A stretch of DNA of 64,000 bases from the human T2T-CHM13v2.0 reference genome, Homo sapiens. Of the stretch, positions 41,010-54,349 are shown in pieces. The translations under genes and the position numbers were made by a program. Each line of letters begins with the position of its first letter. Position 1 is the stretch's first letter. The stretch lies in assembly GCF_009914755.1 (NCBI RefSeq), contig NC_060927.1. One strand, 5' to 3'. The notes below the pieces were generated by a model. It saw only the letters and a list, made by a program, of their open reading frames with translations, did not search any database and had not been told where the DNA came from.

Positions 41010-41337
41010 AAAAACAACTTTGTATTGCACAGAGCGTTGTTTGTATGTGAATACATCTGATCCTTGCAATTACCCCGTAGACAGATATAGAAGCTGAAGC
41101 TCAGGGAGCTTAAGTAATCTGTTGAAGGTCAACTATTTATTCACTCACTTATTAATTGAATCACTGAGTGATTTATTCTTTCATAATATATATTTTTTTA
41201 TGGCCCAGGCCCTGTGACAGAACAGAAAATATGGAGACCAGTAAATCATGATAGCTCTCCTCAAAGTATTCTATCTAAACTCTAACGGATTGCTCAGCTC
41301 ATTGCTGCTGAAACCGAGACTCAAAAGATTTTATACT

Positions 41338-41535
41338 TTTAAAAAACTTTTTATTTTGAAATAATTATAGACTCACAAGAAGTTGTAAAAATAGTGCAAA
41401 GACTTCCTGTCTTTGCATCACCCAGCTTCTCCCTGTGGAAACATCTTACAAAACTATCAAAATCAGGAAATAGACATTGGCGCAATATAATTAACTAGAC
41501 TACAGATCATACTCAGATTTCACCAGCTTTTGTCC
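41338..41535 (-). mobile_element. L1MB/MC-type 3' end
   Basis: 'ttttattttgaaataattatagactcacaagaagttgtaaaaatagt..tcacccagcttctcc'. Confidence 0.8.
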
Positions 41536-41718
41536 CAGACCATTTTTACTAAAGCATGAAGCTACCAGTGGACTATATAACCTGTGTAGCCTTGATACTG
41601 GTTCATAATCAAAATGGTTTCTAACCCCTGGGGTAATAGCTGCTGATCAAAAAATGCAGAACACACAAACTGTTCTCTGGATGAGTTTGCTTTTCAAAAA
41701 ATAAAAACAAATGCAATA

Positions 41719-42218
41719 CATAGTGGATGCTATTAATGCTCTGGCCAGATCACCTTTACTGGGCCAGTGCCCAGTAAAAAGGACTGCAGTCTTTCAAGAG
41801 CACAAAACTGAGCACAGAGCTGGAATTTGGGAGAACTGGGGTCTTTTCTCACCTGCTGTGAGTATTGGCTGCTACTGGCTTATGGCTCCCTCTTCTCCGG
41901 AAAATTGGCCCTCAGTCAAGCAAGAGCTGTCTGTGCCTGGCCCAAGATGTTATGCCCTCTTCCTACTTCCCAGAGCCCACAGCCAGTGACTGACTGATAT
42001 GGGGGTAAAGAAAGCTTGTCCTCTTGCTTCAAGGTGGGACGCTGAGGCAATTAATGCTCCAGAGCTCCTAGTAGGATAAGCCTGAAGCTCATCTCCAGCT
42101 GAGACCACAGCCTTGCTCAGCTCCTTCCCATACCCATCTTGAGATCACCCCCTCCATAAATCTCATGCATCTGCATCCCTATGTCAGACTCTGCTTCCAG
42201 GGAATTTGAGCAAAGCTA
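41719..42218 (+). mobile_element. LTR16-type (ERVL) solo LTR with an internal foreign insert
   Basis: 'tagtggatgct..cagatc..gagtattggctgct..cagccagtgactgactgat'. Collinear with the copy at 31408-31834. Confidence 0.78.
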
Positions 42219-44229
42219 TATGCTTATTTTGTTTTCTTGTATCACCTTTTCATTTTAGAGAAGGGCAGTCCTACATTCAAAATTGATTTCCTCGTAGCAC
42301 ATTGAAACACCCCTCACACACTCACACAGATCTATACAGATACACAAACACATTCTCACCTGTACACCATCATCAACATTCTCACACACACCATAACCAA
42401 AGCAGTGTGGCAGATGGTGATAAGGTAATCCAGGTGTCCTTCTATTATGTGCATATACAAACGACACATTGACTACCACATCAATGGTTATGAATTTCAT
42501 GTTACACTGAGTCTCATTAGTTTGTAGACATTACTTTGAGGTAATCAACACAGTGTGATTAGAAAGCAATTTTAAATGTAGCATAACATTTTAGCTGGAA
42601 GTTCAAATTACTGTCTCCCTGCCTCCCCATTTATGCAAAGTCAACTTTCAATTAGATGGACTGAACCAAACGGATCATTGGTTTATCCTTTAGCAGAGAA
42701 TAACATCAATAAGACTGAAGGCTGATTGGCCTGCTTGAATGATTGTAGCCTGTACAAAATTATGAAGGACTGCAGTCTTTCAATAGCACAAAACTGAACA
42801 CAAAGCTGGGATTTTGGAGTCCTGGGACTTCCCTCAACTGCCAGCTATGAAACCCTTGGCATGTTTCTTTAAAATCTCTGTCTTATTTTCCCATAAAATG
42901 GAGATAATATACCCTCTCTTGTGTGTCCCAGAAAACAAAGATAAAATTATTGCAGTGAAAGTGCTTTATAAGCTTATAAAGTACTGAGAGAAAGGTGGGT
43001 ATCATTTTCCAGGGCCTCAGCCCTGGTCTTGAGCACTTCTTTCTCCATTTATTAAACATCCTCCCTTCTTCCCTCCTTTCTCCCAACCAAGCACTTGATG
43101 CTTTTTTTTTTTCCCTGCCAGTAAAGTCTCATCTCTTTTCTATGTCTTCTTTGAGGTACTCTGACTCTCTTGGAATTCATTTTCCTCAGGAATCTGACCA
43201 AGAAAAGGACATAAATATGATCTAACAATGCTATAATATGGCTGGAATTTTATAGGTACTTTAATCATCCTAGATGCTCGAAATCTAGATTCAAACACAA
43301 AAACAAAATGTGTCCAGTCTTTTGATTTGGCTTATTCTGCAATACGATTTTGTGTTGTTACAACCAAGATACTGCAAATAAACCCCAGTATTTTTCTATA
43401 AATAGCCCTTGTGTGCTCAGCATTTCTTTCATAAGGCATTTGCTGCTGTAGAATCACTCTTCCTCAGGTCACCATTCAGTCTGCTGTGATCACACAGCAG
43501 CTAAGGAGCTGGTAGGCATTCAAGGAAGGGGATATGGAGCATGTGGTGATGAGGCCAAGACTTCCAGGCTTGGAGACTACCTCTTCTGAGTTCAGTTTTC
43601 ACTTTTTCTTGCTTCTGGAAATATACTATTAATTTCTTCCTTCCCACTTGAAATCAGATGTTAGCATCTTCTTTGAAGACCGCCTCCATATGGAGTGCCA
43701 AGAGCATCAAAATATAACAGTCCAGATTTTGTATGCTATAAAAGTATAGCATTTATTGACATGAAGTTAATTATATTGGAGTACACCAGAGGAAATAAAA
43801 AGATTAAACTTTTACCCAAGATGTTCCATTTCTCAAAATTTACACAAGTTACCATAAAACTTGTTCAGGAGATGTAGTCTAAACAGTCTAGTAGCCCAAG
43901 ACACAATTCAAAGTCTAAGCCTTCTGGCATTTATTGCTGCCTATTTTCTGAGCCTGACTGGTAAAATCTCTAGTGAGTCCTGGTTGCATCTCATCAGCAA
44001 GGATGACTCTGGAAATGCAAAAGCTGTTCTACTGGGTTCAACTTGAATATTTTGTACCTTTCAGTTTATGGAATATTTAAGTTATAATCAGGAATGTTTT
44101 GATATATTAAAATGTCACCTCTTCATAATAAAGTGACAGCTGCAACAGTAACTACTACATTCCCTATTAAGTGCCTCTCAGTTAATGTTGTGTCTCTCTC
44201 TGCTGGTTCTCCAGACTTCAGGGGTCATT

Positions 44230-44460
44230 TTGAAGCTTTACTCTCAATTCCCATGTGTAATCCCTCACCAAATCCTGTTGATTTCACTCCCATAATTTTT
44301 ATTAAATCTTTCCACTCTTCTAAATTTGTACTGCCCTCATTCTAACCTAAGGACCTGACTTATCATGCCCGAATTATTATAATCATGCCTTCTTGAAGCT
44401 GTTCTTGTCCCTCTCCAACTTAGTCTACTCACCTCCACTGGAGTGACCTATAAAAATGCA
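44230..44460 (+). mobile_element. L2 fragment
   Basis: 'tcaccaaatcctgttgatttcac', 'gagtgacctataaaaatgcaga'. Confidence 0.6.
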
Positions 44461-45362
44461 GAGTTGGTTTCAGATTTAAGAGGGCAGACTGATACAGCTA
44501 GTTTTCCTGTCTCCCAAAAGCCCCCTAAAAGGACAAGGGGAGATTTTTAAAACAATAATTTAAACACAATAGTGCTGGAAGACAAAGACAGAAGCCAATA
44601 GTAAAAGAGTAAGTTTAAGAAAATCCTGGATGATAAAAGACAGGTATGATCAGTTTAACAGAGTTGACGGAATGGGAGAAATTTCAGCCTGAAACACCAG
44701 GGATAAGGGAGCAGAAGAAGCTCTGAGGTCAAAGCCAACCAATAAACACTGCTGGCTGTAGGGTGATCACCAGGGTTCTTGGCTTTTAAAACACTGAAAT
44801 TAGAACAGCTGAGTCTCCTGGGAGTGTCCCTCTTTATCTCATGTTTCCTTATGCACAGAGCATATGAGTCAGGGTAGGAGCAGAACAAAATCCAGGAACT
44901 AATGTCTAAAGAAAATGTGTATGATCTTTCTAGGAAGGTATCCTTCTGCAGTTTGGGGGATCTGAAGAAAAGCTGAGCAGATCAGAAATGAACTCAGCAG
45001 AATTAACATTAGAAAGAGAGAAACAAGGACACCAAGAAGCAATTTCACCCAGGAAAGCATTCTGTTATGAAATCCAAGCTCTCTTTACATGAAGACTCAG
45101 CCTGCAGACAGCTCCCTACACATGCACCCCACAGGGAAGGCTGCTTGTCACCAGCAACCATCTCCATCCACATTCCCCCCGCCCTGCCCCCACGAGAAGC
45201 CTGCCTTCAGTTGTCCCAATTACAGGGAAGCCTGCTGAGGAAACAGAACTGTCTGAATGCAAAGGAAATTTAGCTCTTATGAATATGAACTCTCAACCAA
45301 GAATCACCAGACGTTTAAGGAAAACCAAGAACACAAAAGAGAAAGATCAAGATTAAAAAAAC

Positions 45363-45645
45363 AGCTGGGCGTGGTGGCTCTTGCCTGTAATCCCAGCACT
45401 TTGGGAGGCTGAGGCGGGAGGATCGCTTGAGCATAGGAGTTCGAGACTAACCTGGACAATATAGTGAGACCTCGTGTCTACATAAAATTTAAAAATTAAT
45501 TAGCTGGGCATGGTGTTGTGCACCTGTAGACCCAACTACTCAGGAGGCTGAGGTGGGAGGATCCTTTGAGCCTGAGATGTTGACGGTGCAGTGAGCTGTG
45601 ATAGCTAAATGAGATCACTCTGTAAAACAAACAAACAACAACAAT
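45363..45645 (+). mobile_element. Alu (AluJ-type) with right-arm deletion
   Basis: 'ggaggatcgcttgagc..atagtgagacc' and a (CAAA)n tail. Confidence 0.93.
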
Positions 45646-45944
45646 AAAACCAGAGCCATCTTCTGAAAAAACAGAAATCATTGAGAAATAATAAAAGAAC
45701 TTAAAAGTTCTAATATCCTTAGAAACAGGTGGATATTGTTTCTATTTTTACAAAGTACAAGAAAAGAAAAAAAGAACAAGCATTAGTGAAAAAAGGAATC
45801 CCTAGAAACTAAAAATGTGTTTATACAATGGAAAAAAGATATCATAGAACTAACAAAGAAATGGAAAAGCCAAGGTTAAAGACCAAAGTTGGCAAATAAA
45901 TCAAGGACATCTCCCATAATGAAAAACAAAAGCTAAAGAGAGCA

Positions 45945-46350
45945 TCTTATCAACAGTAGAATGGACATAAATTCGAATGTATTTATGTGTGGACTATTAT
46001 ACAGCAATGAGAATAAGCATATTAGAACTATACACAACAACATGGATGAATCTCATGAGCATGAAGTTAGGGAACTTAAGAAGCCAGCTACAAAGAGCAC
46101 ATGCTGTGTTATTTCATGTACATAAAGTTCAAAAACAGGCAGCACTAACCTATGGCATTAAAAGCCAAGAAAGTCAAAAGATACCCTTGGGGTGGTGGTG
46201 ACAGGAAGCAGCATGAGGGTCCTTCTGTGTTGGTGACATTCTCTTTCTTCAAGAGCTCGCTATGTGGGTGGTTTGCTTTGTAAAAATTCAGCAATGTGTA
46301 CAGTTGTGTACATTTTTAATGTATACTTTTATATGTTTTAACCTTCAAAA
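45945..46350 (+). mobile_element. L1ME-type ORF2 end/3' UTR
   Basis: 'atcaacagtagaatgga..caacaacatggatgaatctca..aaagttcaaaaacaggca'. Confidence 0.82.
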
Positions 46351-49300
46351 AGTGAAACAAATATAAAACTTCATGTGTTCAAATTAACCAATTTATCCTT
46401 AATGGTCTGGATTTTTATTATATTCAGAAAGTCCTTTCCTAGTCTGAGATTACAATTTTCTTTTTCCTGATGCTGTTTATTTTGTGGTTTACTATCTTTT
46501 GTTGTTTAAATTGTGTATCCACGTAGATTTCATTTTATAAATCATCATTTTGAAAACTACTGCATGTCTCACCAACAAATGTGTAATGATGGATTTAATC
46601 GATCCCTTATTGTTAAAAGTATAGGTCATATCCAGTTTTCACTATTAGGAAAGTAAAAAAAAAGTGTACAGACAAATGAGGAATGAGGAGTTTAACATTC
46701 ATCCATTAAGAGTTTCAGAAAGAGGACAGAGATAATGGAGTGAGGAGAAAAAAAAGGCAAATAGAGGCAAGTTCCCCAGAAGTGAAGTAAGACAGTATTG
46801 TGTGTAATGCCCTAAATCACACTGAGCAGGATGCTGAACAAAGAGATCCACACTTAGAAGCAAAATAGTTGCTAAGTGGAACATTCTTAGAATAAAAAGA
46901 ATGTCCCAAAAGTTTCTGTAAATATGAAGCAGGTTACCTGTGATGCAGTAAGAATCAGCTTGACATCAGACTGTTCACTGGCAAGAGTAAAGAAATATCT
47001 TTTTTTGTTGGAATAAAATGACAAATCTCATGAATGTGTCTCCATCCAAACTTTCAGTTAAAGATATTTTTGAGAAATCAAGGGCTCAAAATATTTACCA
47101 CCCATGTAGCTAATTTGAACATAATTACTTCAAGCGTTTTCCTCAAACAAAAAAAGAATATAAGAAAGTGACTTGAGGTACATGAAATAATAACAGCTGA
47201 CTATGGTAGAACGTGTGAAATTAGAACACAATGAAAAGAATCAACGAGACCTCTGTGATACTGGGAAGGAAGGGTATGATGACATTGGTCATGGGTTAGT
47301 GCATGCACACAGTTCTATTCAAATATGCAGGGGGTGCATCATCTTCATTATTCTGTAACTGACCTCATGCTAATCATGCACCCTTGTCCCCTCTCCCTAT
47401 CCATTGCTAGAGATGCAAAATACACTTGTCAGAGATCCTTGTCAGTCTCTGTTTAAACTATATTATTGAGGTAACTCAGTGTTTTCTAGGAATAGGCCAG
47501 CTCCTATTAACGTCCCCCTTTCTCTTTGTCTTTCCAAAGATGGTATTTAGGTATTTTGAGGGGGGTGTAGTTTACATGTCCTCATAGTGTTGGAAAAGAG
47601 ACCCTCCAATGCGTTGTACTTTTCCTGGGTTCTTCCTGGCCTTTGCCACGAAACTGGGATAATCAGGCTAATTCTTGAGCTACTGGGAGATGTCTACTTG
47701 GTTATGGGTGACCTCATCTGACTTTTCAGGGTGCATGCCGTTCCCTGAAGCTGAAGTCTTATTGCAAAGTACTGGTTCTCCATAACCATTTGTTTTTACC
47801 AAGCTCAATTGGTCTACAAGTGTTCTTGGTACCTCCATATCCTCTCATCGGGACACACAAAGTTTTTGTGTCCCCTGCTTACTGCACACCAACCTCAAAG
47901 AGTCAAAGCTGCTACCTCATGCCATGTATTTAGATAACTCCCTCCATCCACGTTACACCATCACTCTCTTGCCATGTTGGACTTTGTGACATGCTGAGTG
48001 GAGGACTCCCTGCTCAAACTATGATCTAGGAAGATGCTAGCCTGATGGTCTCCAACTAGAAGATTATTACCATGCACAAACTTTCTGGGATGTCAGGCTG
48101 GAGGGAAGCCAGGGCACATATTTTTGACTGTTTTCTTCTCCATCTCTTTCTCTTCGCGCTCGGCATAAAACCAGAAAGGTTGGTACTTCTCATGTGGCAG
48201 GGATTTATTATATCCTGAATTATTCTCTTTCCTTTGGCTTGTGGCAAAATTCAGCTCCCAGCCCTTGGGGTCAAGAAATATAGAAAATGTGTCTCCTGTC
48301 AATATGACAATTGCCTTGATAGGAACTTGAAAGTCCTATTTTAAAAGGGACTGGGTATTGACTCAGGTACTGTATCTGCTATCCACTATCCACTCTCTTC
48401 TTCCCCAGTGTGATAAGTCATAAGCTACCACTAATCTAAGGGTGGCTAACGTTTTCTCAACTCTACCCAATCATATCAGGTCTCCTAGATAGACACCCAA
48501 CCAGGCCATGGCAATCATCACTTTTTTTGTATAACTATTTGCTTATTGCATGGCTCCCACTGGATTCTACACTCTTTGAGAAAAATGGCTGAAAACAAAT
48601 CTGTGAAGTACTCTGAGGAGAGATTTCAAGCCCATGGAGATCTGGCCTTCCTGCACCATTGCAATTTCTCTGTACAAAAGGACAGACAAGTCGGGAGGTG
48701 GGAACCACTTGTACATGTGTGCCCTATGGTAAGGCATAGGCTGAGGGAGGAGATAGGGCCTACTTTATCCTCCTTTGCCAGTATTTGTAAAGCTGTTTTC
48801 AAAATAGTGTCTCACTAGCAATGGGGGTGAAGGAGCCCATATGTGTGGTGCCCATATCCTGGCTCTGCCATGTTGGTACCATCAGAATACTCAGTTTTCC
48901 AAAGAGCCACGTGAGGTAGCAGGGCAGTGCTCCTGTGACCACTTTAGTGTTGAAACAATAAAAATAGCAGAGCTGGAATTAAATCTGTTTTAGTGATTTC
49001 TATTCAGTTCTCCTTCCACTCTGAGTATTGAGTCTCTGATAGTATCTATTCATTTATAAAATGAATACTTTAGCTGGAGGATCTGTCATCAACTTGGTTT
49101 GCTTATCCATGTAGTGGGGATAATAATAACTGCCTGTCTAGAATTTTGTGAGGATTATGTTAAGGTAAATCTCTCAACACAGGACAGAGAGTAGACCCAT
49201 GATATTTGTCCATTTCTTTGCTGTAAATCAATTCCTCTCCATTGTCAATTGCAGTTATAATAAAGAAGCAATTGCCTTCTGAAGCCCAATATTATGATGT

Positions 49301-49439
49301 TTCTGCAACAATAACAAATGCAGATTCCAGGTGTCAAATTTAAAGATTGCTCAGCTACCCTAATTAGAATAAGAGCCATTCAGCTTCATCCTTCTTGCTG
49401 AGTAAAGGATGGTTGTTCGTCAAGAGGAGAAGGCACCTG

Positions 49440-49830
49440 AGTCAGCTAGCGTCATTCTGTTGCAGTGCTGCAGGCAGCAAAACTCCCAACTTCAACTGGT
49501 GATACAAAGAAAGGAAGTTCTGATGCATATAACTGCACAGTCTTCAGGTTCATCTTGATTCAGGGGTTAGAGTAACTAATGTTACCAGGACCACTCTTTT
49601 GTGCTGCTTCATCTGGGTTGATTCAGTTCTTAACTTCTGTACAGAGGCCCATGGACCACATCATCCTAAGGTCCAGTCCAGTTGGAAAAATGGAACGGTT
49701 TCTCTTAGCATTTCCAACAAGTCTTGAGATTCAATCTGATTGAACCAGCTTAGCTTATAGCTTCCCTACTGAAGCACTTAGTGTGTCTAGTGCATAGGCC
49801 TTGGTTACACACCCCTCTGGGAGTTGAGGA
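49440..49830 (-). mobile_element. Old MLT1 LTR (MLT1K-like)
   Basis: 'ctgttgca..caaaactcccaac', 'tctgattgaaccagcttag'. Confidence 0.5.
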
Positions 49831-50224
49831 TGGAGCCTCCAGGTCATGCAAATTGAAATTGATGAGGATGGATTCTGCTTCTCCGCCTACTGCCGTTCCT
49901 GCCACTGGTACCCACCAATGAGGCTCTTCCTGAAGGAAGAGGAAACCAACATTAGGACGTTTTACAAAATGGCCACAGCAACAAAAATCCCAAGGATAAA
50001 GGGTTTTCTTCTCTTAAAAATCTGTGTATTTTCAGTTGGGTTGGCTGTCTGATACCTAAGAATTATGGCAGAAAGCAAAGCCCCTCTAAAACTACTCAAA
50101 TATTTAATTTCTGATAAGTGGACTGTGCTTCCCAGTCAGCATATAATGAAATTAGAGTATACAGGGCCAGAATTCAATTGGTTGACATGTATGTATCTGA
50201 GAAGGTCGTGTGTTTTAGTTAAGA

Positions 50225-50592
50225 TACATTAGTGGTGATAACAGATAGATTCATCTAGTCTCAGGCTTAATAAGACAGAAGATTATTTTTCATAAGTGTG
50301 AAGTCCAAATGGATGATCCTCATTGGTGGGTTACTCTCCTTTAAGTAACAATTCAGGGGCCCAGTTTCCTTTCCTCTCTTGGCTCTGCTGTCTTCAACAC
50401 TTCTGCCAAGATGACTGTGAAAGTGAGAAAAAGAGTTATGCTTTGGATGATTTTGTGTGGGATACATCTTCGACTCCTATTCTGTTGGGTATCACTCAGT
50501 CATATGCCAGGACAGGAGATGCTGGGGATAAACTCTACCCATGGGCCTAGGAGGAAGATCTGAGTTTGGGGAGAGGCTAAGCAGTCTCTGGT
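50225..50592 (-). mobile_element. MLT1 LTR
   Basis: 'ggcttaataagacagaagattattttt..gaagtcca', 'attcaggggcccagtttccttcc', 'actcagtcatatg'. Confidence 0.65.
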
Positions 50593-51469
50593 CCTGAGGT
50601 TTTATCCATCTTGTTATTTGCTCATGTCCTGTTAGGAGTGGGGGATGCTAAGATAGCGGCACTTAGATCTCTCAGAGCAAGGCTGGTTGTGAAGATGGCT
50701 TTCTTGGACAACGGCAAAGGAATGTAGAGATTTTGGATCAAAGCCTCACAGTTTTCTGTAGTCCAATCCCTGAGGAGAGGAGGAGACCAGTTTAGGGAGG
50801 GAAAAGAGGACATAAGCGGCTGTGAGTGAAGGAAGCATTTCTAAGATTAAATGCTGATGGTGGGAGGAGGACACTTAACAAGATGTCCTCCATGAATTTC
50901 ATCTGATGACCCATTCGTCATTGTCCAAGGAGTCCTAGGAAACTGGGCTTCTCTTTTCAAGCAGTTGTACATCCAAAAAATAAGTCTCATTCAAAATCTT
51001 AAATTATTTACTGCAGCGGACCTAAAATTCTATCAATTATTTATAGCAAGGAAGTCCAGTAGGTCTAAACTTAAAAACTCAAATACAAACTGCAGTCAAT
51101 TAGTAGTGACTGCTTGGAGTACTGTGTTGGGAAGGATTCTGATACTGTATTCAGACTCAGTATGAGAGGAAACTGTAATTGATTATTGGTGTCTATAACG
51201 AGAATTGGAGGTTGAAGTAATGGCAGTAAAGCACCATGGTTTCCATTTACAGTTTTTGAAAACATGGTAAACAGAATTGTATTTGAAATATGCAACAAAG
51301 CATTCTCGTATCTTAGCCTGAATTAGTTACTTTCTTCTTCAAGATAGCTGGGGTCCTCCACTTTAAGGGGAAAGTGAGTTTTAAATTGGAGAAGTAGAAA
51401 CAGGTAATTTTGGATCTGGAAGACTTTGGAAAGGGAAGCAATGAGCCTGGGAGGCACAAAGAGGTAGGG

Positions 51470-51970
51470 ATCTCAGATGGTTCTTTTTACCCTCCCACAT
51501 TGTCCCCTCTTCTCTGTATTGCTCTCTGCCCTGGGATGCTGATCTACATAAACTGTCTTAGTGGGCTCCCATGCCCTTTGGCTTCCAGTTAGGTGGGGAC
51601 AATGGGTAAACCCTGTCCTGGAGAACAGGAGGAGGGAAAGGCCAGATTATTTTTTTCTGCCTTCTTCTTGCCTCCGCTCTCAAGCATCTGGATGTAGCTG
51701 TGCACTCCATGGCCATACCTCCTATTGTGTGGCCCTTCCCCAACCCAGCTCTCACTGAGCTCCAGTAACACAATTTTCATCTCTCGCCTTGACAGCCCTA
51801 GGGGTTTGTAGTGGTGTTCTGCTTTGCTAGTCTCTGAATGTTACAACACTTCTTGTTGATTTCTTTAGCCTTTCCCACACCTCTGTAAGTGGTCCCTTCA
51901 TAAAGTCTCTTGATCTGCACCATCCATCTAAAATGAATTCTGAACCCTAATGGAACTCTGGCTGATCCAG
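51470..51970 (+). mobile_element. LTR33-like (ERVL) LTR
   Basis: 'ctctctgccctgggatgctga..tgccctttggcttccagttagg..caatggg', 'ggtcccttcataaagtctct'. Confidence 0.7.
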
Positions 51971-52709
51971 GGTCTTTGGGAATCTAGATGGCGAATGAGA
52001 ATTTTGGTGATTCAGGGAGATACTAAAGGGACCCTGAAGGAGGCAGAATTTGTTTAGTTTAGCCCCATACTAAGAGTCATCCTCCTTCCCTACTCTTTTC
52101 TAAAAACTGGATAAGTGACATTTCTCTTGGAAAAAAAAAATGGAACCTAGGAGTAAAAGGAGGCCTGGGAGTGTCATTTCCTCAGTATTCCAATATTTAT
52201 GCCTAGCACTTTTGGATGTGAAGATGAGTGGGATAGAGTTGAGTGATATTATCTGGTCCTGGGCAAAAGGTTCTAAATATTAGAGGATTTGACTCTTAGA
52301 TTTGGTCAGTTAAATTGAACCCATTGGCACCCTCAGATATGATTCCTAATCAGGGCTGTCTTTAGGGTGGATTTTATTTAAATGATTAAATTTAAATTTA
52401 AATAATTTAAACTCCCCACTTTAGAGTGAAGTGTGGGGTCCTCCGTCCATATGTATCCTGTAGATGCTGCTTCTGGAGTGTCATTTCTGGCTCAAGATGC
52501 ACTTGATGCCAATTTCCATGTGGATAATAACACTGGGGACAGTCAAACCCACACAGCATAACCTGGCCCTGCTCTCATGCTCTAGATTCAGCACAAAGTC
52601 CACAGGAGGAGGACATTCTCATGGTACTGCTGCTGAAGGCCACAGGGGAGCCAACACAGGGGCCGGGACTTTACAGGGGGTAGCTGTTTTGGGAAACAGA
52701 ATGTTCTTG

Positions 52710-52863
52710 CCCTTCTTTTTCCTCCCTCCCTCCCTCCCTCCTTTCCTTCCTCCCTCCCTCCCTCCCTCCCTCCCTCCCTCCTTTCCTTCCTTCCTTCCTT
52801 CCTTCCTTCCTTCCTTCCTTCCTTCCTTCCTTCCTTCCTTTCTTCCTTCCTTCCTTCCTTCCC
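52710..52863. repeat. (CCCT)n/(CCTT)n tetranucleotide repeat
   Basis: Directly visible. Confidence 0.98.
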
Positions 52864-53711
52864 GGATATCTGAACAATGCTATTTGCAGAGATGCCTGGC
52901 CCTTTTCCAGACCTTCTCTGATATTTTAGTGTATTCTTTGTTTGCCATTTAATACACAGTAAATTTATTTTCTCATCTTTTCCACAGGTTTTGAAATTTT
53001 ATTTTCAAAATTTGAAATTAAACATTTTGAATAAACAGTTGAAATTATATTTTCAACATTTAACTTGGGAAGCAGGAGACCTGGTCTTAGACATTGCTGT
53101 ATGACTGTGAGAAATCAATTTTCCTCTCTGGGTTTCTGGTTTACTTCTATGCAAAATGACTGAGTGTGATTTCTAGCACTCTGTCATTGATGGCATCATA
53201 TGATACTTTGCTTTGAAGCTGAGGCAGAAGTGACATGTGGAGACATCTTCCCATGATTGGTGGCTGTCAACATTCATCTTGGAGAGGTTTCATGGGGGAT
53301 GAAGACTCAGACTGCCCAGAAGGAGCATAGACAAATGTTCAGAAAGCAGTGACCCTCACACTGTGCTACCTGGTAACATAATCAGCTGTTGATTAATTAA
53401 GGGAAGAGAAACAGAAAACTGAAATCTACAGATAATTTTCAAGCCTCATCTTCAGCAACAATTTCAACCTCCTCTCTGATTCCATTGAATTTTTAATATT
53501 TTTTTCTTTGTTTTCTCTTAGGACCAGAGCTGCTAACAAGGAAAAAATTGACTGATTTAAATTTCATCTTCTTTAATTTTCTCAGCACAGGCTGTGGTAG
53601 GAGTGCTAATGAGCAATGGAAAGACAACAAGGGCTCATCAGAGGGGTGAAAAGAAAGGCTAAAGAGGCCAAAACCCCTGTCTAAGTGGTGAAATTATAAA
53701 GAGTGAAGGTC

Positions 53712-54100
53712 TGCATTTGGGTGTGCTAGGTGCTATAATATACAACTCTCAAATATCCCTGGCTTAACAAAGTATAGGTTTATCCTCATTCATGTCATAG
53801 TCCGGTGCAGGTGCCAGGATGGTAATGTACTGCTCCATGCAGTCATTCAGGAACACAGGATTCTTCTATCCTCAGATCTCCACTGGATCCTCTGGCTTGG
53901 AGACAAAGAGAGAAGGTGTGTAGAGGATTGTGAAGGTGGCCTTATGGATCCCACCTAGAGGTGGTTTATATAAATTCTGCCCACACAGAACTCAATCACA
54001 TGTCTCCACCTAGCTGCAGGGTATGCCTGGAAATGTCTAGCTGCATTTCTGAGAAGAAAAGAAGAGGAGTGGGTGAAAAACAGCATTGTTTTTGCCACCA
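53712..54100 (-). mobile_element. MLT1 (MLT1J-like) LTR
   Basis: 'tggcttaacaaa..gcagtcattcagg..tctgcccaca..tagctgcagggtatgcctggaaatg'. Confidence 0.72.
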
Positions 54101-54349
54101 GCTCCTCTGTCTGTGCTAGGTGACCTCTCTCATGGAGCTCAAAGCTGGGACATGGGGAAAGAACTTTTCTCAGCAGCACCTGGGCTTACTCATGGCTCTT
54201 GCTTCATCTTTTCCTCTCTGAATGCGGTTAATCCCCTGCACCCAGACCACCGATGCTCCGGGTTAGGAAATGCTCTCTGATCATACCTGGCTTTCTCTAA
54301 AGGAGAGATGATGAGACAAGTAACTATTTCCCTATAATCTAGTGTTTAA

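Larger units (their letters stand above)
44465..47200 (+). mobile_element. Old L1 5'UTR/ORF1 region (L1ME/HAL1-like), interrupted by AluJ and L1 3' fragments
   Basis: A-rich sense strand. 'aaccaagaatcaccagacgttt', 'aacattcatccattaagagtttcagaa', 'gaatcagcttgacatcagact' (IRLTSD-like ORF1 remnant). Confidence 0.55.

Noticed and set aside
47350-48830. Unassigned stretch suspected to be an old retroviral internal region or pseudogene
   Set aside because: I could not find gag/pol/env or cellular protein motifs by eye. It needs a Dfam/BLASTX search.
52464-52952. 162-aa ORF with LPSF repeats (also 37527, 55588, 12534, 25106)
   Set aside because: Open frames through stop-free microsatellites.
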